NCBI GenBank assembly: GCA_964400915.1
Contig: CAYNWR010000001.1
Span: 12,917-47,022, forward strand
Source of the DNA: an uncultured Burkholderiaceae bacterium
GTDB lineage: Bacteria; Pseudomonadota; Gammaproteobacteria; Burkholderiales; Burkholderiaceae_C
Direction of reading: 5' to 3'
Length of the DNA: 34,106 bases
Shown here piece after piece: positions 1-8,127 of the stretch. How positions within the stretch are numbered: position 1 is the first letter of the stretch; the number at the start of each line of letters is the position of its first letter. Under the pieces are notes generated by a model. That model saw only the letters and a program-made list of their open reading frames with translations, was not told where the DNA came from and searched no databases. Position numbers and translations under genes: made by a program.

Positions 1-186
1 GGGCTGGGCGACCGCCTGATGCGAAAAATGATTGCCTATCTGAAGGGCCGCGGAACGCGCCGATTGGTGGCCACGGTGCTGCGTGAAAACGAGCGCATGC
101 TGGAGCTGGCGCGCGATCTGGGCTTCGAGTTCGACGAGCAACAGACGGATCATTCCACCTGGTCGATTCATCTGCCCCTGCAATAA
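1..186 (+). CDS. GNAT-family N-acetyltransferase, C-terminal fragment (5' end outside window)
   Basis: Frame +1 is open from base 1 to TAA at 184-186. It translates to GLGDRLMRKMIAYLKGRGTRRLVATVLRENERMLELARDLGFEFDEQQTDHSTWSIHLPLQ. The G-x-G...L then V..N..M..L...LGF layout is the usual acetyl-CoA-binding and C-terminal part of the GNAT fold. Confidence 0.65.
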   Translation, partial: GLGDRLMRKMIAYLKGRGTRRLVATVLRENERMLELARDLGFEFDEQQTDHSTWSIHLPLQ

Positions 187-196
187 GCGGCCTGCC

Positions 197-1009
197 TCAG
201 AGCATGCGAATGGCGCGAGCCGTCAGGGCCAATCCGCTGGCGACCAACAGCGCAAAGACCAGGCGCGCCAGCATGGCGCCCTGCAGGCGAACGGCCAGGT
301 GGTGTCCCCATGCGACGGCTGCGAGGGCCACCACAACCATCGGCAGGTAGGCCAGACCGATCAGCGCCTGAAACAGGTGGCCACGCATGGCGAACGATCC
401 GAGCGCAAAACCGACCGCCAGGATCAGCACGGGCGGCGTGTTCGCGCGCACCCGTGCAACGTCGGGCAGGCGCTGGCTGAGAAACGCCACAACGATCGGC
501 CCGGCGGTTCCAAAGAAGGTTTCGACGACACCCACCGCCAAGCCCGTGGCCGTGTCGCGCAGCCAGGCCTTGGGACCGGACACCGGCTTGGCCGGTGGCG
601 GTGGGGGCGTCGCCGCGGATCGTGCCTGGTGGCGCCAGCCACGCACACCGACGGTCACCACGTAGATGCCCAGCGCTCCCAGAGCCCAGCCCTGGCTCAG
701 GGTGTTGGACAGCGCGTCGCCCAGCAGGGCCCCAAGGGCCATTCCGGGCAGCAGATGGCCCAGCACGTGCCATTGCACCTGGCGCCGATTCAGCCAGGTG
801 TGCAACAGCGAGGTCGGCAGGTCGATCATCAGCACCAGCGGAACCACCAGCGCGAGTGGCCAATGCCAGGCCAGCAAGGGCACAACGATCAGGGCCGAAC
901 CGAACCCTGTCAGACCCAGAACGAGATAGGCCAGTGCGGCGGCGCCCAGGGCCCAGGCGACCTGCCAGGCCATGAGTGTCGAGGCTGCAGCCCAGAACGG
1001 CTCAAGCAT
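197..1009 (-). CDS. TauE/SafE (DUF81) family sulfite/anion exporter
   Basis: Track ORF 197..1045, stop TGA at 197-199. Multi-pass hydrophobic protein with Gly-rich helices (LGLTGFGSALIVVPLL, FFGTAGPIVVAFL) typical of TauE/SafE. ATG at 1009 (MLEPFW...) is preferred; GTG at 1045 is possible. Confidence 0.8.
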   Translation of the reverse strand: MLEPFWAAASTLMAWQVAWALGAAALAYLVLGLTGFGSALIVVPLLAWHWPLALVVPLVLMIDLPTSLLHTWLNRRQVQWHVLGHLLPGMALGALLGDALSNTLSQGWALGALGIYVVTVGVRGWRHQARSAATPPPPPAKPVSGPKAWLRDTATGLAVGVVETFFGTAGPIVVAFLSQRLPDVARVRANTPPVLILAVGFALGSFAMRGHLFQALIGLAYLPMVVVALAAVAWGHHLAVRLQGAMLARLVFALLVASGLALTARAIRML

Positions 1010-1070
1010 CGAATCGGTTACGAACGATTGCAACTCGCCCCGCACGACATGCAGGGAAATGATTCAGAAC

Positions 1071-1086
1071 TGTGAGCAAGATCACA
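1071..1086. promoter_or_regulatory. CRP/FNR-family type palindrome TGTGA-N6-TCACA
   Basis: TGTGAgcaagaTCACA read directly at 1071-1086, in the gap upstream of the TauE gene. Both half-sites match the classical CRP core exactly. Which regulator binds it is unknown. Confidence 0.4.
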
Positions 1087-1433
1087 GCCATGGGCGTGCC
1101 TGCGCACATAGACTTGTCATATTCGCAACCGATCATTCCATCACCAACAGCCAAAGAGCCCCGCCATGTTTGCGTTTCGGTCCCCTTCTGTCCTGAGCAG
1201 CCCATCCGGGGCCGCGTTGGCGATGCACGCTTCTGCCATCGCAGCGCCGGGCCGGGGTGGGGCGGTGCTGACGCAGCGGCGCGCGGGCGGATTCTGGTTT
1301 GGCCGTCAGCCACAGAACCTGACACCGGCTGCGACGCGTGTTGCGGTGGCCGAGGCGACACCGGCCAGCGATTGGGATTCGCTGGACCCCGACCAGCGCG
1401 TTCGCTTGTTGGGTGAGTGGTAGCCGAGCCCCA

Positions 1434-3866
1434 TCAAAAGCCCTGCGCAGCGGCCACCGGCAGGAAATCCGTCAGCGGGCCCGCGTACACCAGGGCACCC
1501 CCAGCCCCCAGCGTGTAGAAGACCGCGCCGTCAATGGCCATCAGGCAGATGTTGGTCGACGCATAAAAGCGTGCCCAGGCACCCGCAATGGCACACGCGT
1601 ATTCGTTGCTGGATGGCGGGACCGGCACCAGCAAGTCGGGCAGCAGCGATTGCACCCAGTTGAAGACACGTTCGTAGCTGGCCTTTTCGTAGGTGCTGGG
1701 CGCTGCCTGCGCCGCCAGCTTGGTCATGGGAACGTCGATGGGTGTCTCGCGGCTGCCCAGGGCGTCGCTGACCACCACACTGAGGGTGTGTTCGCCAACC
1801 GCCAGCGCGCCGGTGTTGGCCAGCAGGTGCAGGCGGCCAGGCTTCTGGTTGCTCGCGCGTGCCAGCACGGCGCTTCCCGCGCGCACCTCGACACTCAAGC
1901 TATCGCCGTCGGCGTCTTCCAGATCCAGGGTGACGGGCAGCACCAGACGGCTTGCCGGTGAGGCCAGCAGGCGCACCGGGCCCAGATGAAAGTGCCGCGC
2001 GTCGGGGAATTCAAAGGGATCGATGCGCAGGTAGGTCTTGGTGCCGCTCCAGGTGCGCGTGCTGGCGGGCTCCAGGCGCAGCGACTTCATGTCGAACCAA
2101 TAGGTGGCCAGGCCCGGCATCAGAACGATGTCGTCGCTGGTCACGCCGGGATCGCTGTCGCTGTCCTTCCAGGACAGGCGGGCCACGGCACCTTTGGTGA
2201 GTTCGGCCTGCTGTGACGGATCGAAGCCCACATGCATCTGAAAACCCAGCCAGCGGTAGGTGTCGGCCTGCACAGGCTTCTCGTTTTGCTGGAACACCAG
2301 AAAGGCCTGCGGGTCGCCTTCTGTCTGGCCCGGTGCGGCCGGTCGGGATACGCCATGAAAGAACTGGCCGGTGATGCCCAGGTCGGCAATGGTGCGGGTG
2401 TATTCGAAGCCCTGGAGATTGCCCAGCAGGGGCTGCTCGACGCCGCGCCCGGCCATGTCCCAGGCACGTCCCAGCTCGGTGCTGGCGTAGTCGTCACCCG
2501 TGCCAAAGGCAGGGCTGCGCACGACGGCGCGCGGCCGGGCGTTGATCACCAGGCCCTCCGGCAGGTAACTGACGTTTTCCACAAACCCGGAGGTGCTGGT
2601 CAGGCGCACCGAATGGATCGTGACCTGAACGCCGGAACCCGCGTTGGGACCGCTGACGGGGTCGATGCGCAGGGCCTTGATCAGTCCCGACCACTGGGGG
2701 GAGGTGCCCAGATCGACGGTGTAGGTTCGCCGGCCGGCAACAACCTGCGTGTAGCTGCTCGGGAACTGAGGTGTGGCCGTCTGCAGGCCCCACCAGACCA
2801 GCAAGCCTGCGGTTTGCGCAGGAACACTGGACAGCGTCATGTCCACGCTCAGGTATCGGTACTTGGAGGCCACGATGGGTTTCTGTGCGGGCACGTCCAG
2901 CAGCAGGGAGACCACGGGTCCGTTGGTGCGCCCGCTGAACTGGTTGTTGGTGACGGTGGCCTCTGCAAAGCCTGATCGGGCGACCCACACCAAATCGCTT
3001 TGGCTGTCCATATCCCAGGCGTTGCCACGCTCGGCCAGGGCGTAGTCACCGTCGGTGATCGCAGCGGCCTGATACCGCCCGGGGGGCAAGGTGCCCAGCG
3101 GAAATCGACCGTTGGCGTCGGCGGCGATCACGGTCAGGTTGCCGTTGGTGGACTGCGTGTCCTGATCCACCAGCAGGCGGGTCTTGGTGGCACCTTGCGC
3201 GGCCAAGGCGCCCGTGGTGCTGTCCTGTGCGGCGCTCAGGCGTGCCCAGTCGATCTTGAAGGTGACCGCGCAGCCCAGACAGGGATCGACCCGCAGACCG
3301 TGAATGGTTCCAGCCCAGGCCTTCCCGCGGGCGGCGGCGAGGGTTGCCAGATCGAACTGGTAGAGACGCCAGCCGGGATACACGGCAAAGGTTGGCGATT
3401 CGGAATACGCCGCATCGAACGCTGCAACGGTGTCCCCGCCGTGGTGCCAGACCAGACGCCCCAGGCTCGCGCCGGGCACCACGGTGTCGGGCAGCCACAT
3501 GTAGAAGCTCAGGCGGTTGTAGCGGCTCGCGTCAATGGTCTTCTGGCGGTGGTTGGCGGGCAGGATGGAGGACGGGATCTGGGGGAACAACAGCCAGAAA
3601 TGGGGATCGGTATCACGCGCCACACCGGTCATCACACCCGCATCCACGCTGGCGCTGCCCAGGTTGTGGGTCCACAGCAGCGGGAAGATGTCCTCGGAGT
3701 TGGACATGTCCCAGGCGTCGCCCAGCACATCGGACGCCCAATCGGGGCCCTCGGTGACGGTGGCCGCTTGACTCAAGGGCGCGAGGGCGGCGAGCAGACC
3801 ACAGACCCCCGCGATGATCACGTGACGCACTTGATGAAACCACGGGGTGGCAATGAGCTTGGTCAT
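1434..3866 (-). CDS. Secreted protein of unknown function: signal peptide, three tandem divergent AWDM...LR[IV]DP modules, Ig/cadherin-like segment, Cys-containing C-terminal tail
   Basis: Track ORF 1434..3890 (818 aa, GTG at 3890); ATG at 3866 gives MTKLIATPWFHQVRHVIIAGVCGLLAALAPLSQA/ATV, a signal peptide with an AxA-like site. Internal threefold repeat is visible in the translation (GDAWDM, GNAWDM, GRAWDM, each followed later by LRVDP/LRIDP/LRIDP). DADGDSLS motif in an Ig-like segment. Confidence 0.85.
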   Translation of the reverse strand: MTKLIATPWFHQVRHVIIAGVCGLLAALAPLSQAATVTEGPDWASDVLGDAWDMSNSEDIFPLLWTHNLGSASVDAGVMTGVARDTDPHFWLLFPQIPSSILPANHRQKTIDASRYNRLSFYMWLPDTVVPGASLGRLVWHHGGDTVAAFDAAYSESPTFAVYPGWRLYQFDLATLAAARGKAWAGTIHGLRVDPCLGCAVTFKIDWARLSAAQDSTTGALAAQGATKTRLLVDQDTQSTNGNLTVIAADANGRFPLGTLPPGRYQAAAITDGDYALAERGNAWDMDSQSDLVWVARSGFAEATVTNNQFSGRTNGPVVSLLLDVPAQKPIVASKYRYLSVDMTLSSVPAQTAGLLVWWGLQTATPQFPSSYTQVVAGRRTYTVDLGTSPQWSGLIKALRIDPVSGPNAGSGVQVTIHSVRLTSTSGFVENVSYLPEGLVINARPRAVVRSPAFGTGDDYASTELGRAWDMAGRGVEQPLLGNLQGFEYTRTIADLGITGQFFHGVSRPAAPGQTEGDPQAFLVFQQNEKPVQADTYRWLGFQMHVGFDPSQQAELTKGAVARLSWKDSDSDPGVTSDDIVLMPGLATYWFDMKSLRLEPASTRTWSGTKTYLRIDPFEFPDARHFHLGPVRLLASPASRLVLPVTLDLEDADGDSLSVEVRAGSAVLARASNQKPGRLHLLANTGALAVGEHTLSVVVSDALGSRETPIDVPMTKLAAQAAPSTYEKASYERVFNWVQSLLPDLLVPVPPSSNEYACAIAGAWARFYASTNICLMAIDGAVFYTLGAGGALVYAGPLTDFLPVAAAQGF

Positions 3867-3896
3867 GGGATTGAGCTGGTAGGGTGGCACGGTTGA

Positions 3897-5069
3897 TCAA
3901 AGGCGGATGTCGGCGGTGCCAGGGCGCACCCAACGCAGGCTTTCGCGCGTGCTGTCGATGCAGCCGCCCTGGGCGTAGACGCCCCGAGGGTCGCGCAGGC
4001 GCACCATGCGTTCGAGCACACGGTCGACGGCGGCCGGATCCCGCAGGGTTTGCTGTACACGGGCCTCGACGATGGATTCGTCCATCGTCAGTTCGCCTGA
4101 CGCGTCCGGCACGGCACCGTCGCGCCAGTGGTGGATCTCCAGGCACTTGGCTGTGAAGCTGAAGGCGGTGCTGCGCTTCCAGAAATTCGTGAACTGCGCA
4201 TGGCCGTGATAGAAGACCCATGAACCTTCGAAGCCCGCCACGTCGGCCGAACGTTCGTCGGGGTTGCGAAACCACAGCCGATCCCCCGCGACGTAGTAGC
4301 GAGTTGGCAAGGGGTGGTCCATGCTGCCGTGTTCATACAGGAACACATCGTGAAAGCGTCCCGAACGAATCGCTTCGCGCCGGCATTGCTCACACAGGCG
4401 CTGGTACAGCGGTGGATTGACCACGCGCAATTCGCGCGCCAGGGCCAGCTGGATCACGTATTCGGTGGCGCGATAACAGGAAAACGAGTACAGCCTGCCC
4501 GAGTGTTCCGGCTGGGTGGTGCGCTCCAGCGCCTCGATGAGATCCACACCGGGATTGAGCAAAAAACCATGGTCTTCGTCGTAGTGCCAGTACTCGGCCG
4601 GACGTTCCGCCGCTTCGGTATCGAACGCGAGGGTCGTGCGCCTTGCGGCCTGGGCGGTGTAGCGGCGCAGGCGCACCGCCGACACCCATTCGTCCACAGA
4701 CGGAAAATGAAAGGCCTGGGGCGCCGCGAGCATGGCAACGGCAATTTCGAGATCCAGGTCCGCATCGCGCGCGAGGATGTCGAGCCCGAGCCGTGGGCCG
4801 ATGTCCAGCGTGTCAAAGCCTGGCGTGAGCTGGGAAAAGGCCTTTGCGCTCAGCCGTGCGCGCACGATGGGCGCGCCTTGCGCGGCTTCGGGTGCTGCTG
4901 CCGGGTCGCCCGCGCGGCTGGTCGCTGGGGCGCGCTCGAAGCTGATCTCGACGCGATCACCCAGGCCCAGGCGCTCAAGGTCGCTCCGCAACCCATGTTC
5001 CACCGAAGCGGCCTGTTCGGAGGCCGCAATGGTGATGCCAAGGGCGGAAGCGGGCGCTGGGACATTCAT
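3897..5069 (-). CDS. Hypothetical cytoplasmic protein (no family recognised; possible thiol enzyme)
   Basis: Track ORF 3897..5090 (TTG at 5090; ATG at 5069 gives MNVPAPAS...). Long ORF with protein-like, non-repetitive composition. Its stop lies 6 nt from the GTG of the downstream secreted-protein gene. Motifs: YSFSCYRATEY, RFHDVFLYEHG, GDRLWFRNPDE, GSWVFYHGH. No signal peptide or TM segment seen. Confidence 0.8.
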   Translation of the reverse strand: MNVPAPASALGITIAASEQAASVEHGLRSDLERLGLGDRVEISFERAPATSRAGDPAAAPEAAQGAPIVRARLSAKAFSQLTPGFDTLDIGPRLGLDILARDADLDLEIAVAMLAAPQAFHFPSVDEWVSAVRLRRYTAQAARRTTLAFDTEAAERPAEYWHYDEDHGFLLNPGVDLIEALERTTQPEHSGRLYSFSCYRATEYVIQLALARELRVVNPPLYQRLCEQCRREAIRSGRFHDVFLYEHGSMDHPLPTRYYVAGDRLWFRNPDERSADVAGFEGSWVFYHGHAQFTNFWKRSTAFSFTAKCLEIHHWRDGAVPDASGELTMDESIVEARVQQTLRDPAAVDRVLERMVRLRDPRGVYAQGGCIDSTRESLRWVRPGTADIRL

Positions 5070-5101
5070 GACTTGCACATGATGCCGCAAACCGGAACCG
5101 A

Positions 5102-5794
5102 TCAGGAATAGGTGATCCAGTCGCGAAAGTGGGGCCCGTCCAGGTGGGGCAGCGTGTTGTAGGTGACCAGCATGTGGCGCTTGGGCGTGAACGCGAATTC
5201 GGTCACGCTGCTGTTGCGGATGCGCAGGTTGAGCTCGATGGTGGATGCGGCGGGGGCGCCCAGCACCTGTCCGACGGCCGTCGAGATGGGGCCGCCACTG
5301 GAGACCACCAGAACCTTGCCACCATGGTGGTGCTGGCGCACATGGGTCAGGGCTTGCGCGATACCGGCGACAAAGTCGTCATAGCTGGGCATTCCCTTGG
5401 GCTGGCTGGCACCCGACATCCAGCGCCCCAGGCCCTCGCGCAGCAGGCGAAAGTGATGGCGGTATTCGTCGGCCGAACGGGGCATCTGCAACGGCTCGGG
5501 GTGCACGGTGGCGATCACCGCCTCGCTGTCGTATTCGTTGAGGCCCGGCCGAACCAGGGCAGCCTGGCGCTGCTCGGCACTCAGCCCCATCCCTTCGGCG
5601 ATGCCGTCCAGGGTCTGCGCGTGACGGCGCAAACTGCCCAGCAGCAAGGCGTCGAAGCGAATCCTCTGGCCCGCGAAATACTCTCCCAGGCGCACGGCCT
5701 GCCGGCGTCCCAGGTCACTCAATTGGTCGTAGTCCGCCGCACCAAAGGATGCCTGACCATGACGGACGAGGTACAAGGTTCCCATCGCTGCCAT
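5102..5794 (-). CDS. Histidine phosphatase superfamily protein (phosphoglycerate mutase-like, branch 1)
   Basis: N-terminus MAAMGTLYLVRHGQASFG carries the catalytic RHG motif. Later SLRRHAQT and VVSSGGPIS segments fit the family layout. Confidence 0.9.
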   Translation of the reverse strand: MAAMGTLYLVRHGQASFGAADYDQLSDLGRRQAVRLGEYFAGQRIRFDALLLGSLRRHAQTLDGIAEGMGLSAEQRQAALVRPGLNEYDSEAVIATVHPEPLQMPRSADEYRHHFRLLREGLGRWMSGASQPKGMPSYDDFVAGIAQALTHVRQHHHGGKVLVVSSGGPISTAVGQVLGAPAASTIELNLRIRNSSVTEFAFTPKRHMLVTYNTLPHLDGPHFRDWITYS

Positions 5795-5817
5795 TGTGTG
5801 GGGGATCGGTACGGATG

Positions 5818-5835
5818 TCCGTCGCCCAAGCGACG
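5818..5835 (-). terminator. GC-rich stem-loop between the VOC gene and the phosphatase gene (possible operon boundary/attenuator; no U-tract)
   Basis: CCGTCGC-ccaa-GCGACGG (7-bp perfect stem, 4-nt loop) read at 5818-5835 in the 72-nt gap. It lacks a trailing T-run, so intrinsic termination is uncertain. Confidence 0.3.
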
Positions 5836-5866
5836 GGTGCGCAGGCCGGCCGGTTGGTCGTGACGT

Positions 5867-6574
5867 TCAGGGCAGCGGTGGGGGCACCGCTTGAGATGTC
5901 AGCAACACCGGCCCGCGTGGCGTCTGCAGCGTCACTTGCAAGCCCGCCACCTTCGATGGTCGTGCCTCGACCGACGGCAGACCCACGGACCGCAGCGCCG
6001 ACGACAGCAGGCTCGCCTGCGGGTGCTCCAGCCGAAACTCCTGCAGCGCGATACCCGAAGCGGCCATGTTCGCCACCGGATGAACCTCACCCCACTCGAT
6101 CAAGGTGGGCAGGCACCCATCGAACAGGCGGGCACCATCGGGGCGAATGGTGATGCGCCAACGCAGTTCGCCGTGGGGTGTGGCACGCGAGGCCACAACG
6201 GGTGCGCCGCGATCGATGCCCAATTGAGCAAGCTGCCGTACGGCCCGTTCGACATCGGGAACTCGCGCCACCCAGTGGGCCAGTTGCGGACCGTTGCGGG
6301 CGATGGAGGTCATGAACGGCGCAAAATCCATATCAAACCAGCGCTTGGCGATCGCCGATTCTTGTTTGGTTGCTTCTGTATTTATAGCAATGATTTCGAG
6401 ATAGGCACCTGGCCAGGTGGGGGTGTCGATGCGCAGCAGCCGATTGTGGGTGCCCATCAGCGGATGTTCTCCGCCCACGCCTGGGGTGACACCGAGGGTT
6501 CGCTCGCACCAGGTCACGCCTTCGTCCAGGGAGGCTGCGACCACCACCAGATGGTCCAGCGTTGCGGCACTCAT
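5867..6574 (-). CDS. VOC / glyoxalase-like domain protein
   Basis: ATG at 6572-6574 (MSAATLDHLVVVAASLDEGVTWCERTLGV...) overlaps the PhzF stop as ATGA. The N-terminal bab-b motif (LDHLVV..., later YLEIIAI) is typical of glyoxalase-like/VOC proteins. The longer 593-aa track ORF upstream of this ATG is Arg/Pro-rich and overlaps PhzF and GST in other frames. Confidence 0.8.
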   Translation of the reverse strand: MSAATLDHLVVVAASLDEGVTWCERTLGVTPGVGGEHPLMGTHNRLLRIDTPTWPGAYLEIIAINTEATKQESAIAKRWFDMDFAPFMTSIARNGPQLAHWVARVPDVERAVRQLAQLGIDRGAPVVASRATPHGELRWRITIRPDGARLFDGCLPTLIEWGEVHPVANMAASGIALQEFRLEHPQASLLSSALRSVGLPSVEARPSKVAGLQVTLQTPRGPVLLTSQAVPPPLP

Positions 6575-7470
6575 GCCTGGGCCCCAGGGATGCACACGAC
6601 ACCGTCGATGCAGGTGACGCTGTCCCCGCCGATCCAGATGTCGTCGCCATCCTGCCGCACGTGCACCCGACCCGCGCGGCCAAGAGCGGTCCCTTGAGCG
6701 GCCACATACGACGCGGGGGCCAGCCCGTCGCCGATGAGCCATTGGGCCAGCGCCGCATTGAGGCTGCCCGTCACCGGATCTTCCGACACGGTGGCGCCGG
6801 TGTGAAAAAAGGCGCGCACTTCGAAATGCGTTTGGGCTGCCTCGGGCGCCTGGGGGCCCACCACCCCCACCTTGCCACGCGGCCCGACGACGCCCACGTC
6901 GAGGCCGGCAAGGATGGCGCCGTCGGGTTTGAGCGCCAACACCTGTTCGGCCGAGCGCAGCATCACGCCGCGCCATTTGGGCCCGTTGTCGCACCAGGCA
7001 TGGCGCACGATGTCGGTGGGAGCGATGCCAAGCCCGCGGGCGATCAAGGCCAGTTCGCCTTCTTCCAGAGGCCCGCTGCGCAGACGCGGCGGAGCCGCAA
7101 AGGCCAGCCGGTTGGCGGTGCCGGAAGATCCATCCTGCTGGATGCGCACCAGGCCGACACCACACTCCTGCACGATGAATGCCCCCTTGGGCCGCCCTCC
7201 GGCCTGCAGCCAGGCGTGGCAACTGCCCAGGGTGGGGTGACCTGCAAAGGGCAGTTCGCGACCCGGGCAGAAGATGCGCACGCGGTAGTCGGCCTGTGGG
7301 TGGGTGGGCGGCAGCACAAAGGTGGCTTCCGAGAGGTTGGTCCAATTGGTGAACGCCTGCATCGTCTCGGTATCCAGGCCGGTGCCGTCGAGCACCACGG
7401 CCAAAGGATTGCCCAGAAACGGCGTCGCCGTGAACACGTCGACTTGCTTGAATGCGCGGTGTTTGGTCAT
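6571..7470 (-). CDS. PhzF-family isomerase (phenazine biosynthesis-like protein)
   Basis: MTKHRAFKQVDVFTATPFLGNPLAVVLDG...SEATFVLPP...FAGHPTLGS is the characteristic PhzF/YddE N-terminal pattern, including the catalytic-region SE(A/T)TF. Confidence 0.9.
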   Translation of the reverse strand: MTKHRAFKQVDVFTATPFLGNPLAVVLDGTGLDTETMQAFTNWTNLSEATFVLPPTHPQADYRVRIFCPGRELPFAGHPTLGSCHAWLQAGGRPKGAFIVQECGVGLVRIQQDGSSGTANRLAFAAPPRLRSGPLEEGELALIARGLGIAPTDIVRHAWCDNGPKWRGVMLRSAEQVLALKPDGAILAGLDVGVVGPRGKVGVVGPQAPEAAQTHFEVRAFFHTGATVSEDPVTGSLNAALAQWLIGDGLAPASYVAAQGTALGRAGRVHVRQDGDDIWIGGDSVTCIDGVVCIPGAQA

Positions 7471-7482
7471 GGCTTGTGAAGC

Positions 7483-8127
7483 TCAGCTCAAGGGGAGTTC
7501 GAGCACGCCGCGCGACGCTGGCCGCCGCAGGAGTTGGGCGTACCAGCGGTCGACGTGGGTGCGTGGTCGTTGTTCGATGGGCAGGCCGCGCCAGCGGTGG
7601 ATCTCGCAGGCCAGCGGGATGTCGGCCATGGTCAGGCGTTCGCCACACATCCAGCTGCGCCCGGCCAGATGGGCATTGAGCATGTCGATCAGGGGCTCGG
7701 TCGCCTGAATCGATGCCTCGACCCGGGCGGTGTCGATCTGCCCGCCGGGCTTGCGGATGAGTTGCCAGAAGGCATCGCGCCCCGCTGGGTTGAACGTTGT
7801 CTGTTGCCAGTCCATCCAGCGCTCGGCGTCAAAGCGCTCGCGCAGATCCAGGGGATACAGGCTGCCGGCGGAATGCCTGGCGCACCAATAGCGCACGATG
7901 ACGTTGGACTCCCAGAGCACGTGGTCGCCTTCTTCGACGACGGGCACCAGCGCATTGGGGTTCATGCGCAGGTATTGCGGTGTCTTGACGACGCCGAAGG
8001 CGCCGCCGGCGTCGCGACGGGAGAAGGACAGGCCCAGTTCCTGGGCGCACCAGACCACCTTGCGCACGTTGATGGAACTGATGCGCCCCCAGATCGTGAT
8101 GGCGGGCGTGGTGTCGCTGCCTGTCAT
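7483..8127 (-). CDS. Glutathione S-transferase (GstB-like)
   Basis: ITIWGRISSINVRKVVWCAQELGL...LRMNPNALVPVV...LWESNVIVRYW closely parallels the E. coli GstB N-terminal thioredoxin-like domain. Start ATG overlaps the aminotransferase stop (ATGA at 8124-8127). Confidence 0.9.
   Translation of the reverse strand: MTGSDTTPAITIWGRISSINVRKVVWCAQELGLSFSRRDAGGAFGVVKTPQYLRMNPNALVPVVEEGDHVLWESNVIVRYWCARHSAGSLYPLDLRERFDAERWMDWQQTTFNPAGRDAFWQLIRKPGGQIDTARVEASIQATEPLIDMLNAHLAGRSWMCGERLTMADIPLACEIHRWRGLPIEQRPRTHVDRWYAQLLRRPASRGVLELPLS

Noticed and set aside
1166-1423. 85-aa plus-strand ORF (MFAFRSPSVLSS...DWDSLDPDQRVRLLGEW) in the 388-bp gap
   Set aside because: It has no SD and no recognisable family. 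Its third-position GC is visibly lower than in the neighbouring real genes, and its N-terminal two-thirds are Ala/Gly/Arg-rich. It could be a small real gene, but sequence alone does not support it.
6575-7648. N-terminal 358 aa of the 593-aa track ORF 5867..7648
   Set aside because: It overlaps PhzF and the 3' end of the GST gene in other frames and is Arg/Pro/Ala-rich. The recognisable VOC-like domain starts at the ATG at 6574, which forms an ATGA overlap with the PhzF stop.
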